Origin: a virus
Lineage: Duplodnaviria > Heunggongvirae > Uroviricota > Caudoviricetes
Strand: one strand, 5' to 3'
Virus record (IMG/VR): IMGVR_UViG_3300022555_000015
DNA length: 41,362 nt
Under the pieces are notes generated by a model. The model did no database searches, was not told the DNA's origin, and saw only the letters and a program-made list of their open reading frames with translations. The position numbers and the translations under genes are program-made. Shown here one piece after another: positions 1-9,023 of this stretch. How positions within the stretch are numbered: position 1 is the first letter of the stretch; each line of letters opens with the position of its first letter.

Positions 1-1
1 C

Positions 2-103
2 CACGGGACGCCCAAGCTGGACATCTGGCACTCCCTCTGCCTCCTGATCCTCTGGGTGTACTACTTCAAGGGCACGGTCACAGCCAAAGAGAAGACCGAG
101 TAG
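2..103 (+). CDS. 3' end of a hypothetical protein, truncated by the window edge
   Basis: Open frame HGTPKLDIWHSLCLLILWVYYFKGTVTAKEKTE ending TAG at 101-103, 2 nt before the next ATG. Confidence 0.55.
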   Translation, partial: HGTPKLDIWHSLCLLILWVYYFKGTVTAKEKTE

Positions 104-105
104 CC

Positions 106-465
106 ATGCTCTACCCTCCCCGTGTAAGGTTGGACGCCCAAGAGATTCTCAATTCGTTTGGGGTCCATGCCCGTAAGTGCCAACCAGATCGAGAATTCCG
201 GGACGTGCTCAATGCGTTCGCAGTCAAGATCGAGGGTTTCTTGCCTGACGTGAGCCCAGTCATTGCCGTGGCCGTGTGGAACACCGTCCTTCAGGATGCC
301 CTGAACGGTCCTGTCTCCTGGGACAGTGCAGAGCTCTGGAACGTGAAGTTCTACGCCGAAGTCATTCCCTTCTTCCCTGAGAACTTCCAGGTCCAGGTTC
401 AGCGGATCAACGATAGTCTCCCTGCTATGCTCCTGGAGAGGCTCTACGGGAAGAACAAGGACTAG
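106..465 (+). CDS. hypothetical protein
   Basis: 119-aa ORF coupled to neighbours by 2-3 nt stop-start gaps. Confidence 0.75.
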   Translation: MLYPPRVRLDAQEILNSFGVHARKCQPDREFRDVLNAFAVKIEGFLPDVSPVIAVAVWNTVLQDALNGPVSWDSAELWNVKFYAEVIPFFPENFQVQVQRINDSLPAMLLERLYGKNKD

Positions 466-468
466 CCC

Positions 469-924
469 ATGCTCACCGTGATTGACATTGAGGGCCTGTA
501 CCTCCACACCCCGAAGAACACCATCAACCTGGAAGGGGTCCAAGTAGCAGCCGATAACTCCCGAGCTTCGGACACGTTGGTGACGGTTCTCTACAAGGAA
601 GCCACCCTCACCTTTGCTGAGTCCTATCTCAAGGCAGAGATGCCTCAGAGTATGGTCTACTCTCTGTCCAAGGAATTCATCCTGGGTGTCTCGGTCGTTC
701 AGTTCTGGGGGAACAGTGCCAAGGTCTATGCAGTTGCCTTGGAGAATGTCAGGCACCAGACCCGGCTGATCCTCTTGGACCCCAGCGATAGCATGACCCA
801 CAGTGCCGCAATCAAGATGCTCCTGCAATGGGGTAGCAACGATTACAAGACCTTCTCTATTCACATTCGAGAACAGTTCAAGGCTCTTGAACCGGGCTAC
901 ACGGTTCTCTTCTGCGAGGACTAA
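469..924 (+). CDS. hypothetical protein, paralog family A
   Basis: N-terminus MLTVID and C-terminal LLDPS...LLQW pattern shared with 928, 1950, 8064, 8538. Confidence 0.8.
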   Translation: MLTVIDIEGLYLHTPKNTINLEGVQVAADNSRASDTLVTVLYKEATLTFAESYLKAEMPQSMVYSLSKEFILGVSVVQFWGNSAKVYAVALENVRHQTRLILLDPSDSMTHSAAIKMLLQWGSNDYKTFSIHIREQFKALEPGYTVLFCED

Positions 925-927
925 CCA

Positions 928-1401
928 ATGTTGCACGTCATTGACCCCCAGGGAACGTACACGGTTTCCGTCGAGAACCTTGTGAGTTCAGACGGTCTGA
1001 CCCTGAGTGTCCCTGACGGTACAAGCTGGAGAATCAAGGCAGGGGCCCTTCTCTTCAAGATGCCCCTGGACGCTATCACCAAGGAAGGTCTGGAATTCAA
1101 TCTCACTCACAAGCCCACCAAGGACAAGGGTGATATTAACCTTTACATCAGACTCAGGAAATGGACCCTTGCTAACGCTGAGAATCCCGACTGTCCCTTC
1201 AACCTTTACCTCATGTTCGTAAGGGACAATATCAACGAATACAGGGGTACTACTCGACTTGCCTTGTTCGACCCCAGTAACATCAAGAAGAACTGGAAAT
1301 TCGGGGCTCTGCATGAGTGGTTGATCGTAGAGAAAGGGGCCTTTGATTCCAGTGATAGGATTTTGTTCAGGGATGCCATTAACCTTGCAGAGGCATACTG
1401 A
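928..1401 (+). CDS. hypothetical protein, paralog family A
   Basis: MLHVID start; LFDPS...LHEWL. Confidence 0.8.
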   Translation: MLHVIDPQGTYTVSVENLVSSDGLTLSVPDGTSWRIKAGALLFKMPLDAITKEGLEFNLTHKPTKDKGDINLYIRLRKWTLANAENPDCPFNLYLMFVRDNINEYRGTTRLALFDPSNIKKNWKFGALHEWLIVEKGAFDSSDRILFRDAINLAEAY

Positions 1402-1404
1402 GCA

Positions 1405-1953
1405 ATGGGTATCGCAAGGGTCATCATTACCGAAGACTGTAACCGAGCTTGTAAGGGATGCTGTAACAGGTATCCCCGGATCATGTGTCAGGTACAGCAC
1501 ACCCCTGACCTTCGGCTCCTGGCAGGCTTTGATATGATCCTATTGACTGGGGGAGAGCCTCTCCTTGACCCTGACAGGACACTCAGGTTGATTGCCAAGC
1601 TGCGGAAGTTGACTTTGGCAACCATCTATCTCTACACAGCACAGTGGACTGAAAGAATGCCTGAGATTCTGGAAGCCACTGACGGAATTCAGTTCTCTCT
1701 TCACCGGGAAGCTACGTCCACTGACATTGACGACTTTGTGAAGGTCCAGGAAGTTGTCGAGAGATACCAGAAGAAGTCCAACCGGCTCTACGTGGACAAG
1801 GCTATCACGGGCACTGTTCCCATCCTCCCTCACGTCTGGAAGAGGGTAAAGGTGAGCAAGTGGTTGACCGAAGATGAACTCCTCAACCTTCAACCCCGTG
1901 GGCTTCCATGGTATGAGACCCTGTTCAAGCTCATTGGTGATTGGGATAAGTGA
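1405..1953 (+). CDS. short radical-SAM (4Fe-4S) protein
   Basis: CNRACKGC (CxxxCxxC) near N-terminus followed by LTGGEPLL. Confidence 0.85.
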   Translation: MGIARVIITEDCNRACKGCCNRYPRIMCQVQHTPDLRLLAGFDMILLTGGEPLLDPDRTLRLIAKLRKLTLATIYLYTAQWTERMPEILEATDGIQFSLHREATSTDIDDFVKVQEVVERYQKKSNRLYVDKAITGTVPILPHVWKRVKVSKWLTEDELLNLQPRGLPWYETLFKLIGDWDK

Positions 1954-2483
1954 TGATCTACTACCTCGACACGCACAAGACCTTGTTCCAGTCAGAAACT
2001 CCTCTGGTGATGTTCCAGGACACAATCCTGGAACATCAGGTTGACGGGGAAGGCAGGGACCGTTTCTCCGAGCTCTACATCAGTGTTGGGGATGCCCGTC
2101 TTTGCGTGGAAGAACACCGGATTCCCCTCAATGAACCCCTGCACTTGAAGCTCAGGATGCGAGAGGGTGGGTTGCCCTGGACTTCCCATGACACCATAAG
2201 TGACTCTGCTTCTGCTTTCTCCATTGTCATCGTCCTGACCAAGCTGCGGTCAAGGTCAACGTACTTCATCGCTGGGCGTATCCGGGAGATTCCCGGTCGG
2301 GACCTTCTATTCCTGTCCGATCCCGAAGGTATCTTCTCCGTCAAGGGTGCTTTAGAGATGCTGAACCAATGGCTTGAGACGGACACTGATACCTTCAAGG
2401 ACCCCATGCTCACCCAGTTCCGGGAAGCCATGAAGGCTTACCTGCCACAGTACAAGGGCCTTTCATCCTACGCTAAGGACTAG
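1950..2483 (+). CDS. hypothetical protein, paralog family A
   Basis: MIYYLD start; LSDPE...LNQWLE; GTGA overlap with upstream stop. Confidence 0.8.
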   Translation: MMIYYLDTHKTLFQSETPLVMFQDTILEHQVDGEGRDRFSELYISVGDARLCVEEHRIPLNEPLHLKLRMREGGLPWTSHDTISDSASAFSIVIVLTKLRSRSTYFIAGRIREIPGRDLLFLSDPEGIFSVKGALEMLNQWLETDTDTFKDPMLTQFREAMKAYLPQYKGLSSYAKD

Positions 2484-2485
2484 GG

Positions 2486-2638
2486 ATGACTTACAAGCAA
2501 CGAGTATTGTTGGTAGCAATTAGGGATGTACTGTTGGCTATTCTGTTTGTTGCTTTTGTAAGCGTTCTCTTTTATGGGGTTACCCAGGCTTCACCGGAGG
2601 ATAAAATCTTGTGGTTCATCATCTTTTCCACTTCCTAA
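2486..2638 (+). CDS. small membrane protein (50 aa, not in ORF track)
   Basis: MTYKQRVLLVAIRDVLLAILFVAFVSVLFYG...; hydrophobic; starts 2 nt after upstream TAG. Confidence 0.65.
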   Translation: MTYKQRVLLVAIRDVLLAILFVAFVSVLFYGVTQASPEDKILWFIIFSTS

Positions 2639-2658
2639 TGCAAGTCTTCGGAGGAACC

Positions 2659-3096
2659 ATGTACCTGATGGCATTCCTGGTACTGGCACTCACCCTTGCC
2701 ATCCTGTATATGGTCAAGCGGCCCACGAACCTCTTGACTCCACCAGCACCCCCCTGCGGTCACGGGTACTACACCTTGACCCCCGGATGGGAAGGCATCC
2801 TGGGTGAGCCCCTCACCAAGCCCGTGAAGATGATCCTACGGCTCTGCTATGAGAAGCATCGACTCATATTGATGACCGTCGAATTTGATCCCATGACCGG
2901 GGCTAGTGTAGGCAACATAACCCCCGAAGCCGAAGTGAGTCTAACCAAGGAAGCCCTGGGGGACCTCGCTCTGTTCGGAAAAACCATCGTCATATCCATG
3001 ACCGTCAACGGCCCTAGACTGAACAAGCCAAGGCTGGAAGCATGGCTGGAAGCTCTGAACACCTTGAGCCCCTACTATCGCATCGAGGTTCTGTGA
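2659..3096 (+). CDS. N-terminally membrane-anchored hypothetical protein
   Basis: GGAGGA SD before ATG 2659; hydrophobic MYLMAFLVLALTLAILYMV. Confidence 0.7.
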   Translation: MYLMAFLVLALTLAILYMVKRPTNLLTPPAPPCGHGYYTLTPGWEGILGEPLTKPVKMILRLCYEKHRLILMTVEFDPMTGASVGNITPEAEVSLTKEALGDLALFGKTIVISMTVNGPRLNKPRLEAWLEALNTLSPYYRIEVL

Positions 3097-3203
3097 GCAT
3101 TCTCAAAACCATCTGCATCCTTGTAATCGCAGTCATCCTCATCAACCGGGTGTGCAAGTTCCTGATAACGCAATTTTGGAGGAAGCCTCCGAATTCAGGT
3201 TAA
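3093..3203 (+). CDS. small hydrophobic protein (36 aa, not in ORF track)
   Basis: GTGA overlap; MSILKTICILVIAVILINRV...; its TAA lies inside the promoter motif. Confidence 0.55.
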   Translation: MSILKTICILVIAVILINRVCKFLITQFWRKPPNSG

Positions 3204-3225
3204 GATTTGAGCACAATGCAGTAAG
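3199..3225 (+). promoter_or_regulatory. bipartite motif (putative phage promoter); ATG 6 nt downstream
   Basis: GTTAAGATT-N12-AGTAAG-taagac-ATG(3232). Confidence 0.85.
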
Positions 3226-3231
3226 TAAGAC

Positions 3232-3669
3232 ATGGGCATCTTGTCATTCCTGCACCTTCGTAAGCCCGAGGCACCGAAGGAGTCCATTGCCTTCATCCCG
3301 TACCTGAACGACATGAGATTCTCTGCCATGTACCGGGAGTGCTTCAAGACCTGGACATGGACCCCAAGGGCGAACCGACTGAATGGCAAGGTTCGGCTCA
3401 TGCTGGGCTACCTGCCCCCCACGGGTGGCCCTATGGTGGACCTCCTGGTCATCACTGGGCTCTCCAGCGGAGACTGGTACTTCCAGTGCTTGGAGGGGTT
3501 GAACGAGAAGTTCTACGATGTGGAACTTCAAGCCCTTCGGCTCCATGCCGGTGAGCTTACTGCCAAGTTCCTGGGGTCGGTCTGTATGCTCACTGAACCC
3601 AGGCTCAAGGACTTCATCGACACCTACAATCGTCTAGGGTCTTCCCTGTACATGGAAGAAATGACGTAA
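3232..3669 (+). CDS. hypothetical protein
   Basis: 145-aa ORF directly after motif; C-terminal LTEPRLKDFIDTYNRL resembles LNKPRLEAWLEALNTL of 2659. Confidence 0.8.
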   Translation: MGILSFLHLRKPEAPKESIAFIPYLNDMRFSAMYRECFKTWTWTPRANRLNGKVRLMLGYLPPTGGPMVDLLVITGLSSGDWYFQCLEGLNEKFYDVELQALRLHAGELTAKFLGSVCMLTEPRLKDFIDTYNRLGSSLYMEEMT

Positions 3670-3671
3670 AC

Positions 3672-4175
3672 ATGACCTTCACACCGGAAGAAATTGATGC
3701 CCTGATCCTAGGCGTCAAGTGCGCCAAGATCGAGGGACAGGTCAAGGATGAAAACCTCATCTACGGGCTCCTGTACAAGCTCAAGAAGCTGCAAGAGCCC
3801 CCCAAGCCCAAGGATTCTATCTACACCACAAGTTTCTTGAAGAAGATCAAGGGCTATGCCTGTGAAGAAGCCCTGAAAGACAGCGTGCTTCACCCCTATG
3901 GCTGGCTCCAAATCCTCACCTTGTTCATCAATCGGATGGGGATGTGCCCCTACACTACCTTCGATGACTTCATCCTCACTTGGCATTGCTGCCTGTTGGA
4001 TGCCCGCATTGGAGAAAACAGGACACCTTGCTTCCCTCTCGACCATGTGTGCATCGAACACTCACCCGCTATCTACGCTGCGATGGATCTGAAGTTCGAA
4101 GCCGAAGTGATCCCGCTTCTACCCCAGCCCTTCCAGGATGTGGTCAAGGCAACTAAGGGTCATCTGTTCGCCTAG
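3672..4175 (+). CDS. hypothetical protein
   Basis: 167-aa ORF, 2-nt gap after upstream stop. Confidence 0.75.
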   Translation: MTFTPEEIDALILGVKCAKIEGQVKDENLIYGLLYKLKKLQEPPKPKDSIYTTSFLKKIKGYACEEALKDSVLHPYGWLQILTLFINRMGMCPYTTFDDFILTWHCCLLDARIGENRTPCFPLDHVCIEHSPAIYAAMDLKFEAEVIPLLPQPFQDVVKATKGHLFA

Positions 4176-4177
4176 CC

Positions 4178-4294
4178 ATGAAACCGCCCCCAGAAGTCCT
4201 CCTAGACGTGGTACTGACGGTGTTAGGGGTAATCATCGTAGGATTGCTAACCATCATCCTTACCCTCGGCATCCTCAACACGGTAAGACCATGA
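4178..4294 (+). CDS. small membrane protein (38 aa, not in ORF track)
   Basis: MKPPPEVLLDVVLTVLGVIIVGLLTIILTLGILNTVRP; 2-nt gap upstream, ATGA overlap downstream. Confidence 0.65.
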   Translation: MKPPPEVLLDVVLTVLGVIIVGLLTIILTLGILNTVRP

Positions 4295-4824
4295 CTGACA
4301 AGTTTGTCACCATCACTGAAGCTCTGGACAACTGGAACAAGGCAATCAAGGCCGAGAAGGAAGCCCAGTTTGCCTACGAACGGGCTTACAGCAAGCTTTC
4401 CCTGGAGGAGGGTCACGAGTGGATTACCGTCCATAACGGTCAGAAACCCCTATTTACCTCTCTGTTTGACCCTAAGCTGATCGTTTGGGATGTTGAGAGG
4501 TTTCAGAGGAACTGGACCACTGATACCGTTCTACACGGGATTTTCCATAGTCTGCTCACCCTCTTCTGTGAGGAATTGGGCAAGTCTTACGCTCTCCTCA
4601 CGGCTTTGGATGTACACCGAATCTGGGTGCATTGCCTTGACATGCTCCGTCACCACCGGGGCCCCTTCGATCTAGCTGCCCTGAATGCAATGCCCGACGA
4701 TGACACAATGGATAAGTGGTTTGACAGGTTTGTAATCCCGGCATTCATCAACGAGATCCTCAACTCAGAGTTGAGGCACATTCGGGAACGGGAAGCAGCT
4801 TGGGCAAAGGATAGCCATGAATAA
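4291..4824 (+). CDS. hypothetical protein with N-terminal helical module B (start revised from 4138)
   Basis: ATGA coupling at 4291; WNKAIKAEKEAQFAYERAYSKLSLEE. Confidence 0.75.
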   Translation: MTDKFVTITEALDNWNKAIKAEKEAQFAYERAYSKLSLEEGHEWITVHNGQKPLFTSLFDPKLIVWDVERFQRNWTTDTVLHGIFHSLLTLFCEELGKSYALLTALDVHRIWVHCLDMLRHHRGPFDLAALNAMPDDDTMDKWFDRFVIPAFINEILNSELRHIREREAAWAKDSHE

Positions 4825-5026
4825 CCCCCAGCACGACCCCAAGACCGATGAGTTCCTTCAGGAAGTCATGTGCCTCTGCCAACGGTACGGCTTGGAACTC
4901 TCTGGTCTGTTTGCCGTCCATGACCTAACAGAATACCCAAACACCTGCAAGGTGGACAACATCTCCACCATTGATTCAAGGGGTATCTTCCGGTACGGCA
5001 ACACACAGTACCTCACCAGGAAATAG
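4817..5026 (+). CDS. hypothetical protein
   Basis: 69-aa ORF filling the gap in a co-oriented run. Confidence 0.65.
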   Translation: MNNPQHDPKTDEFLQEVMCLCQRYGLELSGLFAVHDLTEYPNTCKVDNISTIDSRGIFRYGNTQYLTRK

Positions 5027-5029
5027 ACA

Positions 5030-5212
5030 ATGCCTACCCGAGACCAACTTCTGGAAGCATGGGAGCACGTCAGGTCAACCCGGAACATCTCCGAGGAAGC
5101 GGCAAAAGAGGTTGAGAAAGCCTATGCTGCCTACTATAACCTCCTGATCCAATTCCCCTACCTGGAACGTGGAGAATTCCATGACTACCTGAAGTCACTG
5201 GGGAAGGAGTAA
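5030..5212 (+). CDS. small protein, helical module B
   Basis: LLEAWEHVR...EKAYAAYYNLLIQFPYLERGEF. Confidence 0.75.
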   Translation: MPTRDQLLEAWEHVRSTRNISEEAAKEVEKAYAAYYNLLIQFPYLERGEFHDYLKSLGKE

Positions 5213-5215
5213 CCC

Positions 5216-5395
5216 ATGGACACGGTACAGAAGAATGAACTCGTTGCTGCTTGGAAGAAGAAGAGAGACGCACAGATGAAGCTCTTCGATGCTGAGAAAG
5301 CTTCGGAAGAAGCTTCTGAAGCCTACTGGAGGCTACTCCAGTGTTTGACTCCTGAAGAGCGAAACGAGTTCTTCAGGTACTTGGAGACAGCATGA
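5216..5395 (+). CDS. small protein, helical module B (59 aa, not in ORF track)
   Basis: MDTVQKNELVAAWKKKRDAQMKLFDAEKASEEASEAYWRLLQCLTPEERNEFFRYLETA; clear paralog of 5030; ATGA overlap with kinase. Confidence 0.75.
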   Translation: MDTVQKNELVAAWKKKRDAQMKLFDAEKASEEASEAYWRLLQCLTPEERNEFFRYLETA

Positions 5396-6078
5396 ATAAG
5401 GTCATCATTCTCCGGGGTATTCCCGGTTCAGGTAAGTCCTACAAGGCCGAGCTTCTGGCAAAGGCTCACAAGGCTATTGACAATTCCCTTGTCATCATTC
5501 TCTCCACCGATGACTTCAATACGGATGAGAACGGTGTCTATAAGTTCAATCCCGAGTCCCACAAGCTTTGCCTCCGAAAGTACGTGGACTTCCTGACCAC
5601 CTGTAGTACCAGCCCAGGGCTGGTCATCGTGGACAACACCAACACCCGGCTCCTGGAAGCGGCACCCTACTATGCCCTTGCCGAAACCTATGGATGCCTA
5701 CGTTCTATCCTCACTATCCACTGTCCTGTGGATTTGGCCCTTGCCAGGAACAAGCACAATGTACCAGAGGATGTAATCAAGAGGATGTACGTCACCCTAG
5801 AGGAAGAGACTGCCAGAATCCCCCCATGGTGGGTGCATACCGAAGAGTATGCCCAAAGGGACAACCCAATAACATCGGCACTGCCAATGGTTGACATGAA
5901 GAAGGTTCAAGGGTTCCTTGCTGTCAGGGCACAGAAGCAGAACCTCCAGACCATCCTTGAGGGTGCCTCTAAGAGACTGGGTGAGGCCAACCAAGCCTAC
6001 GATGATCTAGTCATGGGCCTGACACCCGAAGAAGTAGAAGTGATCCGTAGTTTCCTGAATACGGGAGTCCTCAAGTGA
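5392..6078 (+). CDS. P-loop polynucleotide-kinase-like protein (AAA_33 type) with C-terminal module B
   Basis: VIILRGIPGSGKS Walker A, STDDF, VIVDNTN, lid ALARN. Confidence 0.8.
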   Translation: MNKVIILRGIPGSGKSYKAELLAKAHKAIDNSLVIILSTDDFNTDENGVYKFNPESHKLCLRKYVDFLTTCSTSPGLVIVDNTNTRLLEAAPYYALAETYGCLRSILTIHCPVDLALARNKHNVPEDVIKRMYVTLEEETARIPPWWVHTEEYAQRDNPITSALPMVDMKKVQGFLAVRAQKQNLQTILEGASKRLGEANQAYDDLVMGLTPEEVEVIRSFLNTGVLK

Positions 6079-7328
6079 TCGAAGCCATCATTCAATCCAT
6101 CATTTCTGCCCACGATGCCTACCGGGACCTTTACCACAAGGCAGAAGAAGCACGGGACAAGTACTTCGAACTACTCCATGGGTCTCCCTTCGATGAGGCC
6201 AAGGAAGCTCACCGCAGGCTCACTACAGGGAACCTTATGGCTCCCTCGACTACAGCCCCTAGCCTTGTGCAAGTCCCCCAGATACACATGGCCTGCTGGC
6301 TGAAGCGTGACCCTTCCCTCCAGCCCAAGCTGAATGCACCCCTCTATTTCTATGAAGCACCGGACGGCACGGTTTATTCCTACAATGACTACAATGACTA
6401 CAATGCTATGGGGTTTCCAAGCTACTACAAGACCCGTGAAGACTTCGCTAAGTCCTGCGGCCTGGACGTGCGATCTGTGCCCGTCATCTGGACCTTGGAT
6501 GCCCGAGACGAGGTAGAGGGCCTGTGTAACCTACGTTGCACACCAGTCAAAGATGCAGAGGCCCCAGGGCCCTCTGAGCTTCCCCTACATGTATGGCTTG
6601 AGCGTGTGCCTACTCTGGGCCTGCCCCACATCCCCCTCTTCATCCAGGTCATCAAGAGAGCAAACCACACCCGTCAAGTGCTCACCTACCTGAATGAAGA
6701 CAAGGCCAAGACAGACACAAAGGTCGTTTTCGGCTTGGACAAGTTCTGCAAGATGTTCAAGATGACCCGTCAGGAGATCCCGAGTCTCTACCGGGTTAGC
6801 AAGCGACTGGATAAAATCCAGTCAACACCGGAACTACTACTACCGACGGTCCAAAGGGGTGCATGGTTCACGATTGGAAGCTCACCCCACCATCACTACC
6901 CCGAGTTCATCATGCTTGCCGGGAACGATGTAGTCTACTATTCATCCCGAATTGACGTGTTGCTGGGTAATGCCAAAACCAAAGCTATTGCAGAATTCTG
7001 CCGTGACGAAGGCTTTGACATCAAGAACCTCCCGAAGCTCTGGACATTCTCGGCTGATAACCACCTGAGTACCCTGGAGTTCCCTCACCTGACGTGGCGA
7101 GCCCGAGACCCCTCCAAGCACTACAGCCTCCCCATCTATATCAAGGTCTTCAAGAACGGAAACATACACTCTTACCTGAACCTACAGGTAATTCCAACCT
7201 GTGCTGCCCGAACTCAAACCATCGAAGAATTCCTGAAAGAGTACAAGCTGAAGGTAGAAGACCTAGCCCTCATCTGGGACCGACCCGGTACTGATGTCCA
7301 AAGTACCCTGAAAGCTCTTGGGAAGTAA
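6075..7328 (+). CDS. protein with module B plus four ~70-aa repeats (family C)
   Basis: Repeat W...P[LI][YF]I..V..Y.N...F...[IL]P.[IL]W seen four times. Confidence 0.8.
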   Translation: MIEAIIQSIISAHDAYRDLYHKAEEARDKYFELLHGSPFDEAKEAHRRLTTGNLMAPSTTAPSLVQVPQIHMACWLKRDPSLQPKLNAPLYFYEAPDGTVYSYNDYNDYNAMGFPSYYKTREDFAKSCGLDVRSVPVIWTLDARDEVEGLCNLRCTPVKDAEAPGPSELPLHVWLERVPTLGLPHIPLFIQVIKRANHTRQVLTYLNEDKAKTDTKVVFGLDKFCKMFKMTRQEIPSLYRVSKRLDKIQSTPELLLPTVQRGAWFTIGSSPHHHYPEFIMLAGNDVVYYSSRIDVLLGNAKTKAIAEFCRDEGFDIKNLPKLWTFSADNHLSTLEFPHLTWRARDPSKHYSLPIYIKVFKNGNIHSYLNLQVIPTCAARTQTIEEFLKEYKLKVEDLALIWDRPGTDVQSTLKALGK

Positions 7329-7331
7329 GCC

Positions 7332-8060
7332 ATGACCCCCATCGAAACCATCCTCCAGGCATACACCCGCTTCCTGGAAGCCCAAGCTACGGCCGATCAA
7401 GCTCATGCCGAATACTTCCGGTTGCTCCGAGAAACACCTGTCAGTGATGCCCAGGAAGCTCACCGTCAGATCATGGTTTCTCTTTTCAACCCAGCAAACC
7501 CTAATCCGTTAAGCCCTAAGTCTGTAGACCTACTTCCTGACTATCCACGGGACCAATGGTTTACCCTTAGTACCAATGACCCCCAAGACCTACCCTTGTT
7601 TATCATGGTCGTAGGGTCCAACGTCTTCTTCTACAAGAACAAGTCAGATGCCGTCCTCAAGCCCGGTAACCCCACGTTCTTCAGCCTTCAGGCTTTTGTT
7701 GACACGTTTAACATCAGTGTGAACGGTATCCCCAATGTTTATCGGTTCCATGCTGACTCCGACGTGAAGATTCTCCAGGATATTCTCAAGGGCTACAACC
7801 TCGATACCTGGATGACACGCACCCCGGATGAAGACGGAACTCCAGACCCCAGTAAGCCCTACTTCATCAAAATCCTCCCTATGGGAACGGTTCTCACCTA
7901 TGCCAACCTGCATAGCATCGAGGAAGACAAGATGGGACAGTACGGGACTATTGAAGTCTTTACCGAAAGGTTCCAGATATCCCTACAGGACATCCCTGCT
8001 ATCTGGCACACCAAGACCCCCAAAGTCCAGAACATGCTTGAAGCCATTGACCGGAGATAA
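7332..8060 (+). CDS. paralog of 6075: module B plus two family-C repeats
   Basis: IETILQAY...EYFRLL...DAQEAHRQI matches IEAIIQS...KYFELL...DEAKEAHRRL. Confidence 0.8.
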   Translation: MTPIETILQAYTRFLEAQATADQAHAEYFRLLRETPVSDAQEAHRQIMVSLFNPANPNPLSPKSVDLLPDYPRDQWFTLSTNDPQDLPLFIMVVGSNVFFYKNKSDAVLKPGNPTFFSLQAFVDTFNISVNGIPNVYRFHADSDVKILQDILKGYNLDTWMTRTPDEDGTPDPSKPYFIKILPMGTVLTYANLHSIEEDKMGQYGTIEVFTERFQISLQDIPAIWHTKTPKVQNMLEAIDRR

Positions 8061-8063
8061 TCA

Positions 8064-8531
8064 ATGCTGCATCACTTTGATATCCTCACCGGGAACTACA
8101 CCGAGTCTAAGAAAAACTGCATCAAGGGGATACCTACGGTGACCGTAGACACCCTCACCCTCAGTGGTCAGGGCCCCCAGAAGTTCATCATCACGGTCCC
8201 AGATCCCCAAGTAGGGCATGACAACACCGTAGCCCTGCCTTTGATGAACATGCCCGTAGGTGAGACTCTAACCCTGAACCTGATCACTCACACACCCTAT
8301 GAGCTTACCTTCAGGGTTATGCCACATTCCAAGAACTACAAGGTCTACTGCCTGTTCGTTTGGGACAAAGACTCTAATAAGCAATCTTTCTATGCCTTCG
8401 ATTACAAGCTCCTCGCAAGAACCCGGATCGAATGGCTCCTCAAGGAATGGGTAGAACTGGACGGTATCACCTTCAGGAATAGTGCTACCCGAATCCTGAA
8501 GGCTCTAGGGTTCAGCCCAGATAAAGGATAA
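8064..8531 (+). CDS. hypothetical protein, paralog family A
   Basis: MLHHFD start; AFDYK...LLKEWVE. Confidence 0.75.
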   Translation: MLHHFDILTGNYTESKKNCIKGIPTVTVDTLTLSGQGPQKFIITVPDPQVGHDNTVALPLMNMPVGETLTLNLITHTPYELTFRVMPHSKNYKVYCLFVWDKDSNKQSFYAFDYKLLARTRIEWLLKEWVELDGITFRNSATRILKALGFSPDKG

Positions 8532-8537
8532 CCCCCA

Positions 8538-8990
8538 ATGCTTCACTACCTGGACACCAACCTGAACTACTTCCATGCCTTCAATGACACCCTGGAGTTC
8601 CAAGACCTTCAGGTCCAAAACCTACAACCACATCCCCAGGGTATCTCCATCCGGTTGGGCTCAGTAGCCCTGACAATCCCCCTGTCAGCCCTGCCTACAG
8701 ACCCCACACCCCTGCAACTCAGTCTCACAGAGCGATACCCCAGAGGTCACCTACGCATCCTGGCTGCTACAATCCACCATGGTAACTACAACTTCTACAC
8801 CCTTTACATCGAGAGCTATGACACAGGACCCATCAGTAGGTTGATCACTTTCACAGACCCCTCTACCCCCCGAAGATGCACCCAGGCTGTGCTGAAGAAG
8901 TGGCTGGAAGGCCCCACCATGAACCATCTCCTACAGGCACACACCCGAGAGAAGCTCCTGGAAGCTTTAACCTTCAAGCCCTGTTTTTAG
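8538..8990 (+). CDS. hypothetical protein, paralog family A
   Basis: MLHYLD start; FTDPS...VLKKWLE. Confidence 0.8.
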   Translation: MLHYLDTNLNYFHAFNDTLEFQDLQVQNLQPHPQGISIRLGSVALTIPLSALPTDPTPLQLSLTERYPRGHLRILAATIHHGNYNFYTLYIESYDTGPISRLITFTDPSTPRRCTQAVLKKWLEGPTMNHLLQAHTREKLLEALTFKPCF

Positions 8991-9017
8991 GTTAAGAATT
9001 ACCTACCCTTGGGTAAG
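8991..9017 (+). promoter_or_regulatory. bipartite motif; ATG 6 nt downstream
   Basis: GTTAAGAAT-N12-GGTAAG-caaggc-ATG(9024). Confidence 0.85.
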
Positions 9018-9023
9018 CAAGGC

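Noticed and set aside
61-936. Long antisense/shadow ORFs in the track (e.g. 61-936, 20684-21487, 33056-34135, 24522-25073, 27578-28204)
   Set aside because: They fully overlap better-supported coupled genes on the opposite strand and lack motifs or paralogs.
463-1405. Stop-codon recoding joining in-frame ORFs 106/469/928/1405
   Set aside because: The in-frame junctions use TAG, TAA and TGA alike, and each downstream ORF has its own family-typical N-terminus.
3199-3225. Archaeal TATA-box reading of TTAAG
   Set aside because: Upstream bases are pyrimidine-rich rather than a purine-rich BRE, a second conserved hexamer sits at -12..-7, and a bacterial-type sigma factor is encoded nearby.
4282-4290. 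GGTAAG-acc-ATG before 4291, and similar lone hexamers (19342, 34889)
   Set aside because: No GTTAAG element at the 12-nt spacing.
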